This document shows, piece by piece, positions 25,646 to 37,980 of a DNA stretch of 64,000 bases. The number at the start of each line of letters is the position of its first letter. Position 1 is the stretch's first letter. Source of the DNA: Paragordius varius (Eukaryota > Animalia > Nematomorpha); contig OZ176051.1 in the NCBI GenBank assembly GCA_964247055.1, positions 3,286,001-3,350,000 of the forward strand. Reading direction: 5' to 3'. The notes below the pieces were generated by a model. It saw only the letters and a program-made list of their open reading frames with translations. It did not search any database and was not told where the DNA came from. Position numbers and translations under genes: made by a program.

Positions 25646-28600
25646 ATGAATATGATTGAATTTCGGATTATAAATATAATTATAATAATTCTTGCCATTG
25701 CCTGGGTAAAATTATCTAATTTAATTGTAACTTTTTTCTCTACATTGATTAAATATTTATTTTTAGATACCGGTTAAAAATCAACCAATAGGTAATTAAT
25801 AATTTATTTATTTTTTATTGCGATATTGTTTTTTGTTTAATTTAACATATTTACAAAGTAATATAAGTAGAATTTGAAAAATAACTTCTAATAAACACAA
25901 TAAAACTTTATAAACCATATTATATAAAACAAATTCCTTTTGCATTCTCCAAGATAAACGATACCTTGGATGTGACCCCTTGACTCTAGATGTTAATTGT
26001 ACAGTAGATACTTGTGTGGGCGCCATACCTTGCACCAATAATACCTATATCGAATGCCATAATAATCTTTGCACTTGCAGTCCTGTTTGGTGGTTAGGTA
26101 TATTTAGCTTCCTAATTGTAATATCTTAAAATAGAAAATGTATTTGCCATAAAAAAAGGCTTTAAATTATTTTTAATCTATCACAACATTAAATAAAAAG
26201 CTTATAAAGAAGGGAAGGTGTATCATGAACCTATGCCAAAATAAATAAGTAACGAGGAGAAATGTCAAATGTATTCATAACTTCTACTGTTTAACTTAGA
26301 GAAGACGTGTACGCAGACTATTAATTTAATGCAGATCCCATTTTGTTCTTCTAACATTAACATACAAACACACAATTTGAGTTCACCAAAAACTAGTGTT
26401 TTAGTATTCAGTATTTATGTCAAATTTTGTGCGTGAAAAAGTACATGAGACGTATTGCTACCATAAGAAAAGCTGTTGAAAGCTACCGTTTGTTATAAGA
26501 TACCTATGCACGCTCTATCGGATAACTCATGATTTCATGTGAAAGAGTGTCGACGTAGACCATACAACTGTGAAGACTCTAAAGTTCAAGAGTTATTGGA
26601 TGATGACCCAACAGAAACGCTATGGCAATTGGCAGAAGCATCACATGTATCAAAAAAAATAGATGTCTGCCAGCACCGGTATAGACCAATAAACTCGGTA
26701 AATGGGCCACACAATTTGAATGAACGTCAAAACGAAAATTGCAAAGTGACTTCTGAAAACTGCTTCAACGTCACGAAAATAAATCATTTTTGCATCCGAT
26801 TGGGAAGGTGAGGAGTGATTTTATTTTGTAAATCCAAAGCGGAAAAATCGTAACTTTCACCATACCAAGCCTCTCCATCAAAAACAATGGCAAATCGCTT
26901 CGGCAAAAAAACCATGCTCTGTATCTGGTATGACCAAAGCGGTATGAACTTTTGATGTCACGTGAAATTAATACACAACACGATCGCTAACAAATACCAA
27001 ATTAAACCATATATTAATCGAACATGAATAGAAGGCAATTGACCTTATATGACATGCTTCGTCTCACTCAGTAAAAATAGCGGAAAACAGCATATCTCCT
27101 CGGTAAAAAATCTTTCCGTATCCCTTATCTCTCCTGACCTGGCGTCTTGACTAATATAACTTTGCATCAATGGGGCACACCACAGAGCAGCAATTTAATA
27201 ATTTCCAAGATGTTGAAAAATGGTTTGACATATGTTCTGCGGACAATTAATTTTTCTGGCACGGCATTTATATAATACCTTGGTTGGGCAAAATGTTTAG
27301 ATGCCGTTTAATAATATTTTGAATAAAAACCGGTAAAAAACTTGTCAATATACTTGGTATAAATATAATTTACTCGAATATTTCTATAAAAACCATTATA
27401 AATCTATTGACAGCGATTTAAAAATCATTTGTAATCGGGATTTAAGATTGTAATATGTGAAGAATGTTGCTCCAAAATAGAAAATAAAATACCGTAATAT
27501 TTTACATAAAATACCGATTTTGATGACACAGTAGATATAACATTTTTAAAATCAAAGATGGGATTAATTGACAACATTATTCAAAAACAAATATTATCCT
27601 CATAAAATATATATATTTCGGATACCAAAATATATGCTCTATTGATGTTGTTTTGCGGGTATGAGCCAAATTAACATTTACATATTTAGCCAAAATTTCG
27701 AATTTCGCTCATAATATATGCATTAAATTTTAAACTAAACTGTTTAATAGATTCAATGTTCAATAAGATTAACAAAGGGAGATTGAAAATAATCTTGAGG
27801 TGAAATAAATTATTCAAAAACTTTAGGCAAGAGGTATTTTCTTATTGATTTAAGAAACATGTGACAATAATTTGTGGATGATGCGAATTCTAAGCCTTTC
27901 ATTAAAGTATTTAAATCCTAATACACGATATGTCATTCTAACATGTTTAAAATAGCTATCGATATATAAACGAATGTGAAAAAATCCGCTATTGTCACAA
28001 AATAGAAAACAAAATTAAATCCCCCTTCGATCCTGAAACTGTACATATTATCCTGACACCAATAGCATTCAAATGACACATGATTTAAAATGCTATCTTA
28101 TGCGTGCTATATTAATATGCTTTAATTGTTTGTTTTAAGGTCTAGATATGTAATCTGATAAAACACCCAAAAATTATTTTTTGTTTTTGTATGATCGCTC
28201 AAATATTTAGAATAAAAATAGGGCTACGTATTTATATCCTATTTTTGTAAACCGCTAATCAATTAATTTTAAATAACATGAAACAATGCGATTTTACAAA
28301 GCTCAAAACGGGTAATAGGTGTTGCATGATGAATTTTTATATGCAAAATAACAATATTTAAAATTTCACAAGATTTAAATCTGAGGAAGTTAAGGCACTA
28401 CGATCTTGCAATGATAATTTGATTTATCCATATCTAAATTTTGTACATAAAATTTTATTAAGCGTTTCAAAAGAAATGCCGCTGGTTTCAATTTAGGTTA
28501 TTGTATAGTAAACCCGGTTGGGCACAAACTCTGTTTGGGAAATATATTTGACATTGTTTAATATCTGAATATATCATGCCATTAAATTAATGAATGTTAT

Positions 28601-29102
28601 TGTTATCCTTTGTTTCCCCTTAATTCAATTTAGATTTTAGAACCAAAATTTAGTTAATTTTATTTAGTTTATTAACTTTTTAATCTCCTGACAAAGCCTT
28701 TGTCCGAAATTTTGAGAATACATTAAATTTATTTTTTTTATTCATTATTTATTTTTCTCATTCACATTCACTACGAGCATTATATGTTTCAATATATAGT
28801 ATAAATCATGGTAACGTTGATTTAAGTCATCATCTATTAAACAATACAATTAAATATTTTACTCCATGTTCTATGAACTATTATTGATTTTATGTTAAAT
28901 CATATTTGATTCAAGGTTTATGGTCAAGGAAATATTTAATTTTAAATGAAATGAATTCATATATAAATCTACATGAATCCTTGTTTTGGCAGGTGAACAA
29001 GTCGTATGCAACGAGACGCATATTTTTGAAAATGCAGGTTCGGCAAGATCTGGCCCAATACCGAAACTAACTAGCATTCATGGGCTATCGGGTAAAATTT
29101 GA
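25646..29102 (+). CDS. Secreted 8-Cys-module protein, gene A
   Basis: Exons 25646-25705, 25767-25791, 25954-26097, 28993-29102: MNMIEFRIINIIIIILAIAW-IPVKNQPI-DKRYLGCDPLTLDVNCTVDTCVGAIPCTNNTYIECHNNLCTCSPVWWL-GEQVVCNETH...; all phases compatible, and the last exon supplies the eighth Cys. Absent from the ORF track. Confidence 0.75.
26290..27360 (+). mobile_element. Decayed mariner transposon (Mos1/mauritiana-like), in intron 3 of gene A
   Basis: MSNFVREKVH..., CED..VQELLDDDPTET..QLAEA, GPHNLNERQ.EN.KVT, NRFGKKTMLCIWYDQ-like segments; right TIR-like end AAAACCGGTAAAAAACTTGTCAATATACTTGG-TA. Confidence 0.85.
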
Positions 29103-29659
29103 ATGTAAATAGTATAAATAATTCTTTATTAAATCCCTTTTGGCCAATGGGGAATTGATTTTCTCTGTGTCTAGTATTTTTGCCAGTTACCAACCACATT
29201 TTTTAAATCCTATGAATCTCATATGGAATAAATTATAATGATTTTGAATGTGTTTAGCTAAATCACTTCATCAAGCTAGACTATTAGAGACATTATCATT
29301 ACATTGAATATTTAATTAGCAATACAATTGATCGAAGACACGTGCTTTTGTCCTTCCTTTTAATCGTCCAACTATCTAAATCATAAAACTGGCAACATTA
29401 TAAATTTTAATGTTTTTAAATGTCTTTCGCTATAGTAGAGTTAAGCAAACGCTATTTAATTGACATGTTGTGTTCGTCTAAAAACGTCATTTGTTTTAAT
29501 GAATCCAAATAATTGTATTTTTGACAACCTTGAATTTGGTTTTTTAACTTAGGTCTTAGTTATCATTTTATTGGATTTTGTGACATTTATATGGTAAGAA
29601 TCTATACTTTTTAATAATGTTCAGGGAAATTTCCTCACCCAATGAACCATCATATACAC

Positions 29660-30538
29660 AGAAAAATCTGACGCAGAAATGTATCAGGATTATCAAGGTG
29701 TCTTTGGTTTTGGGTTTTACGAGTTTAAGAAAGATATTTCACTTTTATGGTAATTGGTCCATATCGAAAAATCGTGAAATTAGCGCACATTATTTAATAT
29801 TATTTTTTTTGGTGGAAGCTAACACTTCATTCCAAAATATTTATGGAAATACATTAAAAACTTTATATAAGTAAAACAATTAATAGTATATTTTATAAGC
29901 GTCTAAAATCTCATATTTTAAGTAAAATGGGTATAAAAGAATTTTTGTATATATATATATGCTAGGTATGAAAACATTAAACTATTTGCAAAGCATACTT
30001 TGTTTAAAATTTAAAATTTGTTAACGCCTATTTGTGGCATTTGAAGCAAGATGCGGTATAAAAACACTTTTTATAACATTTTTTCTAAATAATTTGATGA
30101 GGCTATGCATTTCTATCACCTCAAAATTATTAAATAAGTTTTCCCATAAATATAAATAGATGTTTTTATATAACTTAAATTGGAAGGCGAACAAATAAGT
30201 TAATCAACAATCTGAGGTGAGGGAAATATTTATCCTTTGTTGAATATTTGCAGAAAACGTATTTTTATACTTATGTTGTTTTTTGACCGATGATTCACAA
30301 TACCACATAATGCACTTTAAATTTCCCAAAATGTAATTTAAAACAAAGTGTTTTTTTTAAAAAATTTTGATATTATATACTCAAGAATTATGTAAAATTC
30401 TTATCACGCAATATCGTCTTTTTTACAGCTCTCTTGCGTGTATTTTAAAAAACTAGCCTATTTTAGCGCGCAAAAATAAGACTTTGGGCGCTTATATGTA
30501 AAAATTAAATTTTACAAATATTTTTTTGCCCTAAACAC

Positions 30539-30579
<41 letters not shown>

Positions 30580-31010
30580 TTACAATTCAAATTCACCCTT
30601 AATTAAATTCAAATTCACCCTTGAACAATTCAAATTCACCCTCAATTAAAATATATGTTTTTTAAGATTATAAACTACCTATATTTTTATATATTTTTAA
30701 AAAATAAAAATTTTGTTTTAAATTAAAATAGTACTAAAAAAATAACAAACTATGCCACAAAGATATTTATATTAGTTTGAAAACACACAATTTATTTTTA
30801 GGGTGAATTTGAATTGTTCAAGGGTTTTGAACTGTAAATGGTATGAGAAATAAAAATATATTTATTTAGCATAATAAGCGCCCATTTTGTGTTCTGCTAT
30901 AAGGCAATTACTTAAGTGAAAATACCTCTCTAAAATGGCTCGTAAGTCCCAAAACCAAAAGCACCATAATTCCTTACGGTTTTGATTAAAATATATGTAA
31001 TCCTTCAAGG
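29660..31010. mobile_element. Second family A foldback copy with a nested family B element
   Basis: 29690-29850 matches the left arm 14050-14210; 30870-31000 matches the right arm 18250-18350. Confidence 0.65.
30579..30846. mobile_element. Short family B-related TIR element with 21-bp unit AATTCAAATTCACCCTTGAAC
   Basis: Three tandem units on the left, AGGGTGAATTTGAATTGTTCAAGGG on the right, end ACTGTAAATGGTA like family B GTGCAAATGGTA; abuts a (TA)n tract at 30541-30578. Confidence 0.7.
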
Positions 31011-31673
31011 TACTGATGAAGTAAACAATTCGTTAACAGAATAATATCATTGTTTGATTAAATTCGTTGGAGATAAGCTCTTTGCGTTTTTTTCGCATGT
31101 AAATATGCTTTGATTTCATCAAAGCTGCTATGATCGCACAGTTTATTTGAATAATCGATTCATTTATAATATCGTGTAGAATTTTAAGCGTGTTGCATGT
31201 TTTCGTCTATTATATAATGTATTTTTTTATAAATGATATATTATGTTGAAAATTCGCCTTTTTTCTGATTAGCGTTAAACATATAGACGGTTTGACTGAT
31301 TATCTTTGCCTTTTCGGATGTTTGTTGAGTTCTTGTGTTAAGGAGTAGATGTGTAAAGGTTAAGGTTTTTCTGGTTGTATGTGTACTTTATAGTTTGTTT
31401 TTAAAATAATTTTTCTGACATCCCGGAATTTATGGGTCAAAGTGGAGTGAATTATCTTATAATTTTTTATAATCAAAGCGTGTTAGAGCATTGCTTAAAG
31501 GAATATATCGTTATTTTTGCCGACGGGCTGGAAGTTGCTTGTGATCATCACAAACTCCAGTAAAATCAAGTTTAACTTTTAATTGGCAAACATATCTCAT
31601 GTTTCTTCACTTAAAAATGATTATAGTCTTTTAGGCGAGCGGAAAAATTTATTTCCGAAAAATTTTAGCAAAA

Positions 31674-32515
31674 ATGGACGATTTTCACTTGTCTCAATTA
31701 CTATTCTTCCAAGTCTGTTGAAAGTTTATTATATTGCCAATTTCAATACCTATGTTCAGTTAATTTTCTTATCTGTCAATACTGCTTGTCTCTTCTGATA
31801 CTCAATTGTAAAAGTTTGTAGTGTTTACCTTGACACTTGACGTTGTAGGTGAGTACACTTGAATAAGAGTATTTATATTGTAGCCATATGATCCATCTGG
31901 TTTTTTAATATAAATTATGAATCAATGAAAGTAAAAATGAGACACAAATGGTACGGAAAGTATTGCTGAAATTAACCGCTTTCGAAATACCTCCACCCAT
32001 TTTAGTTTAATTTAAGTGAAATAACTCTTTTTATTTATACTAATATGGGTCATTACATGTGTGATTGTCAATCTTTTAAACTAACACGTTATAAATCCAT
32101 ACCCGGATATCACAACTCTCATCGTCCCAATAATAACTCACTCTGTATCTCATATCTTTTTAAATATGCATTATATTATTTCATATCGTTTTCAGATCAC
32201 AGATTGTATTATGGTTGTGAAAGTGTAGAGGATACCGTAAATTGTGATTGGAATGTATGTGATATCCCCGCACCAAGTAGATTGCCTGAGCCAAACGGAG
32301 GCTTGCTCGATATTAATGGAGGTAGATGCCCTGGATATCCAGGTGCTGAATGTTATCCAAATGCCTGTTTTAATTGTCGCGCTTTGTGGTGGTTTGATCA
32401 TGTTCCAGTTAATTGTTCACGAACTTATGGACAACTCAAAGACCGCAATCATTTTAGTATGTCACTTGGTTTTCTTTTATTGATAATCGTTGTGGAGAGA
32501 ATTTTTATATTATAG
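31674..32515 (+). CDS. 8-Cys-module protein gene B with hydrophobic C-terminal (GPI/TM-like) tail
   Basis: Exons 31674-31712, 31815-31848 (AG|GTGAGT donor), 32196-32515 (TTTCAG acceptor): MDDFHLSQLLFFQ-FVVFTLTLDVVG-DHRLYYGCES...VNCDWNVC...RCPGYPGAECYPNACFNCRALWWFDHVPVNC...SLGFLLLIIVVERIFIL*. The Cys exon is solid; the two 5' exons are less certain. Confidence 0.65.
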
Positions 32516-33049
32516 ATAAATGTTGGCTACAAGCAATTTTTCGAAAAACGGGAATCCCTTATTAAATAAATAATTATTATTATATGAAAGCGAGCATAGT
32601 CATGCCGCTTTTTTAAATTCATGTTTAGCCCCATCTATCGTAAACACATTTTTTCGTATAATATTATTCTTCGTCAGTCACTAAAATATAACTCCGCCTA
32701 CATGTTGGTCAACAATCCTTGATGATTGCCCTAGCCAAAAATATTTTTTTACTAAATGCTTATTTAGACTCTACACTGATCTATTATAATTTTTAAAATG
32801 TATGTTGGCTCTAAAGCATGGGTTTCGTGTAGAACCATTCAGATACAAAAATGAATATCTTTTATTCATCTATGAATGTGGGTCGAGCGTAGTTTTTTCA
32901 AACAAATTTTACAAAACTTAGCGTATGGTTAATTTTCCTTATTTTACAAAAATTTTTTTTTGAAATTATAAAAAAATCAATTTTCCATCATAAGCTACTG
33001 TAATAATAGCTTGGTAAAAGCACAAAGAAAATTTTAAGATAATCAAATA

Positions 33050-33089
<40 letters not shown>

Positions 33090-33309
33090 TATATCGAAAA
33101 GTGGAGAGATCGCATATCAAATAATTGATTAAACATGAAAAACGAGAAAAAGTTAGCCAGATTTTTAATGAAAATGGATCACCTAAGATTTGAAATATAA
33201 ATAATGCTTCTAATTTTTTCCTGTTTCGCAATTTTAATTATAAAAAATTAATTAATTGTATATATATATATATATATTCCAATTTATTTGATTCAAAAAA
33301 ACTTGCAAG

Positions 33310-33509
33310 ATAAATTGAATGAAACTGGCTGTGACGGGTACACCTGCAAATGCGATCCAAAACTCCCCGAAGTTTCCTGTTTCCACGATCCTTGTGCTAA
33401 TGCCACTTGCTACAATTATAGGGATAGAGATGTCAAATGTCGCTCCCAAAATTGTTTTAATTGCCATCATCGCTTCTACTTGGACAATAAAGAAGTTGCT
33501 TGTGTTTAA
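33310..33509 (+). CDS. Third 8-Cys-module exon, stop directly after the module (no anchor); candidate alternative last exon
   Basis: Phase-1 acceptor GCAAG|AT; DKLNETGCDGYTCKCDPKLPEVSCFHDPCANATCYNYRDRDVKCRSQNCFNCHHRFYLDNKEVACV*. Confidence 0.7.
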
Positions 33510-34847
33510 AGTGTCCCTTTTTTTTACTCATGCACTCTATTTCAAATATTTGCATTTTTTTACAATTTTTTATGCCATTTTTCACACTAGTAAACATGAC
33601 ATCCATTGTATTTAAAAGGCAACAAATCAGTTACTTTCCTCTAAATCAACTTGTTTCATAATGTGAATAATAAATTTTTTACGTTAATAAATATTTTGTT
33701 ATTATATATTAGGTATTTTTGTGGTGTTAGCAAAAAACTAGGGCCGCTTTTAATATTTGAAAATATTACCCATCCGAAACTGGGATTTTAACTTGTTGAT
33801 ATTTCAAAGTTTTAAATTAATTAAAATATCGGGATCTCATATGTGGATACTGTTCCAAAAAATTAAATTTATATATTAGCCTAATTTGTGAATATTTTGC
33901 ACATTATGTTAAATATATTTTTGGGAGAAGCTTAATATTTTGAAACAATGTTTGTTTTAATACTAATATTCCTTATAGACCATGCTAAATTAAAACTAGA
34001 CAAATGGGTTAAAACCTCTTGTCCTTGAAATGAATGCAAGATGCAATAGCTCCTTCTCATTAATATATGCATTTGAGATAAATTAAATAAGTTTATAAAA
34101 AGACCAATTTGGAGTTTTCAGGTATGCATCATTGCGAAAATAAAACATTTTTAGATATTAACGACGAAATTGTAACCAAAAATATGGATAAAACTTACAG
34201 CCATATTTGTAATTATTATATAATTTGCATAATGAAATTTGAATAATATTTTATTAATCAAATTTCTAGAGAATCAAATTTTAATTTTAATCGTGATTAT
34301 AGAGATGTTATTTTTTAAATAACCCGACTTCCTGAATAAAACAGAATGTTTATTAGATTCAATAGGTGTTTGACATACGGCAATACAAATTAGTTTTATA
34401 CAAGGGTGTCAAAAAATAAATACTATTACATTAATAAGTAATAGCAAGTTACTGCGAAATTTGAATAATAATTATTTTAATAATCTAATGAATATTATAA
34501 TTAACCAATAGTAATAATGTATTCACTTGAAACTCGACAAATTACAATAATACATTTGCGAAATATATATTTATTTGCAATTATGAATTTTTTACATCCT
34601 TAAAGAATATGCAAAAATAATTTAAGATCAATTTTATATTTATATATATCTAATTTTCACACTTAAGTTATAATTATACAATATTTTAAAGGCAACATAA
34701 AAATGTAAAAGTAATAAGTATTAGCAACTCTTGTGGCAAAAGGTGTAAATTAATAATTATTTAATTTTTTTTTCAAATAATATTTTTGCCTATATAAATA
34801 TATTCATGTTTTTATAATATGTAAATTAAATAAATATATTTAAAATT

Positions 34848-37739
34848 ATGCAAAATTCAAATTTGTCCAAAAAATTTCTGATTAAAGATCTTTTATCCAC
34901 ATCCGGAAATGGGGAAAGTAAGAATATGGATTTATTAATCAATTTCAGTACGAAACATTCTTACGATCCACACAAATATAATATAAAAAATTTACATAAT
35001 AATTTTGAATATTTCCAATATTATTGCTGCATAAATCCCTATTATTTTTGGATTCTTAATGCATGGTCCGCAAATATATCATTGGAATCGAATTCTCTCC
35101 AAGCTGGTAAACCGGGAGCTCAGATAACTAAAACTCAGAATTATAAAGGACCAAAGTTGAAAAAATATTTAGAAATACCAAAAAGTGAATTCGAAAGTTT
35201 TGAATAATTTTATTAAACTTGTGATATATATATACATGATTAACTCTTCATTAAAATATTATATCTCGTAATGTTACAGTTAATTTAACAACTAAATTTT
35301 GGTCTATTCATAAGCAGTCAGATTCTTCATTAAAACGATGGCCAATAAAAAACATCCCAAATTATGATTCAGGACGCCTAAAATAGGCAAAAATTATTTT
35401 TTAAACTGAATTCTTTACCGATTTCAGAGTTCGATCTGGAGTAAAAAATGATATGGCATATTCTCGCATTTTAAAACAACTAATAAATTACATAAAATCG
35501 TAAATAGGTCTTTGGAACTAAAATAATATAAGAACGTTTATAAATATTAATTATAAAAAATGAAAGACTGGCCAGTCACTAAGAGAGTTTGATTAAACCA
35601 ATACTAATGGTTTAGACATATAAATCCCCACCGAATGATATGTAGTTAATTTCACAATTTAATTTACGTTTCAATTTAAACTATAGGAAAGCGTGAAGTT
35701 CAACAAAAAAAGATTCGACAGTCCTACAATTCAAGACAATTGGAGGTTTTAGAAAGAGAATTCAAAGTAACAAATTTTATTATATTATCGTAGAAAGAAA
35801 AATATTTGACAACATCCAAAAGAAAATTATTATCAATTACACTCAATTTAACCGAATGTCAAATTAAAACTTGGTTCCAAAATAGAAGGTTTGTAAATTT
35901 TAATCACATAAATATTTTCTAAATAAAGGATTATTTTTGATTGACAGATTGGAAAATAAGCATTATAGGAGTATCTAATATTATAATTTTGCCTACAAAA
36001 AACACAAAAATATGAATATATTATAGTTTTTATAATTGAAGCATAATGTAATATAGGGTTATATGATGTTTTGGTAAATATGGGAAATTCTTACAGAAAA
36101 GACCCAACAAACTTATTCCAGATATAGTCATAATTACAGTTTGAGAAGACGTGGTGAATAGGCAGACGATTAATTTGATCATTTTGTGAATTTAACATTA
36201 AGCTACAAACACCCACAATTTGAGTTGACCAAAAATTAGTGTCTTACTTTATCATTCAGTATGTCGAGAAAAAGAACATTTGCGATACCCAATGCCATCA
36301 GAAGAAAAAGGCTGTTGAAAGTCATTGTTAGCTGGTGAATAAATATGGTATACATGCTCTATTGATTAAAATACGTGAAACATGATTTCGAGAGTAAAAA
36401 ATTGTGATTTCATGCGAAAGACAGTGGGTGCTCTGGTGGATCTATTAACTGGGAAGGCGATCAAGTGCAAGTGTTATTAAAGCCCCAGCTCAAACTCAAT
36501 ACCAACTTGCAGAAGTATTGCTTGTATCACAAAAAACAATCAGCAGACGCTAAGTAATGGGAAAGATAAACTCGGTAAATGGGTCTCACACAATTCGATT
36601 CAAAGTCAAATCGACAATTGTAAAGTGACTTGTGAAAATCTTGTTTTAACGTTAAAAAAATCATTTTCGCATCGCGGGCGTTAAGAAGTGGCTTAAAATG
36701 TTTAACCGAAGCGGAAAAATCGTGGCTTTACCTTGCCAAGCCGGTAATCGAAACCAGGGTCAAATCATTTCTGTGTCTGCTGAGACCAAAGCGGCGGTTC
36801 CCATTTGTTCACGCCCCACCAAATTAAACATCACAATGATTTGCAAAAAAGTGATACTTAATTGCCCCTCACGTTTGAGTTTTAATATTGTCCGCATTAT
36901 TGTCTATGCGTCTTCGGATAGTATTATTTATGGAATCCGCTTTTAGGGATGAATTTTATCCTTACCCAAGAATTGAATCCGATTTAAGAATATCGGGTTT
37001 AATAAAAGTCTCTCCGATGATGTAGGGTTTCAGGTTTTTGGCTATCAATATGAAATTTGTTAACCTATTTATTCTGGCAAGATTTATAGAAAAGTTAAAC
37101 GGAATGTAGTTTAGACTCTACACATTATTTGTTTTTTTAATAGGAAAACTTATTTTTAAATATGTTTGTTCTTTAGGTCAGCACATTCATTATTTATTTT
37201 GCTAGTTTTTAATTTAATAAGTTTATATCTTATCATTCAACAAATTGGATTTAAATCGAAATCTTAAGTCGGTTCCTATTTTTTTCTAAAAAATCTAGCA
37301 TACAATTGAATAAAAAGATCAAAACCCAAAAAACCTTATTCATCCTTTGCTTAAGTTCTCATTACTGCGCTAAAGATAGTAAATATAGGTAATGATATGT
37401 TGGAGTGTATAACTATTAAATATTTAATTTGAGGGTTATTACAAGTTTGATCTACTTAATTTAAATAAAATGAATGGGATATATTGAAACTAAATCTGTT
37501 TGGTAGGCTAAAGAAATGGATTTAACGAATAAGCGTTTTCAGTGTATTTACAATGCATTAATTGGCATTTTGTTATATCAATAAAACTGGTCAAATGAAT
37601 AAAATATTAAATATTTTAACCTAGGCCATGAATCAACACTATTATAAAAATTATATTGTATTGCATATGTAGAACAAAATGGAAGAAACAGACCATAGCT
37701 CATTTGAAACGAAAATTCAAAACACAACAAACACCCTAA
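34848..37739 (+). CDS. NKL-subclass homeobox protein, Abox/ceh-19-like
   Basis: Exons 34848-35106, 35687-35766, 35794-35888, 37673-37739; N-terminal eh1 motif FLIKDLL; homeodomain KKIRQSYNSRQLEVLEREFKKEKYLTTSKRKLLSITLNLTECQIKTWFQNRRTKWKKQ. Confidence 0.9.
36140..36830 (+). mobile_element. Second decayed Mos1-like mariner copy, in homeobox intron 3
   Basis: Collinear with 26300-26940 (CACAATTTGAGTT.ACCAAAA, AAACTCGGTAAATGGG, TTGTAAAGTGACT, CCAAAGCGG). Confidence 0.8.
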
Positions 37740-37945
37740 AGAAAAATTTGTATATTCATTTATATCTATATGCCATTTATTATATAATGTTTAATGGAAT
37801 CAAATCGATAATTATGCGCGAATAATAACACGTTGATTGGGCCAAATTTTTTTATTTGAATAAATACGATTAAAAGCTTCCCACTCTTTTTTCGGTTTTC
37901 GACGGTAGTCAGGGTGCAACTCTTCGTATGGTTTTAATAAACCTG

Positions 37946-37980
<35 letters not shown>

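Noticed and set aside
25808-26038. Minus-strand ORF MVQGMAPT...
   Set aside because: Antisense shadow of the plus-strand Cys-module exon 25954-26097.
30541-30578. (TA)n microsatellites here and near 25081, 33055, 33258, 37950, 41947, 55037
   Set aside because: Ordinary simple repeats in an AT-rich genome.
32192-33615. Overlapping ORFs 32192(-), 32244(+), 33252(-), 33319(+)
   Set aside because: Alternative-frame or antisense shadows of the Cys-module exons.
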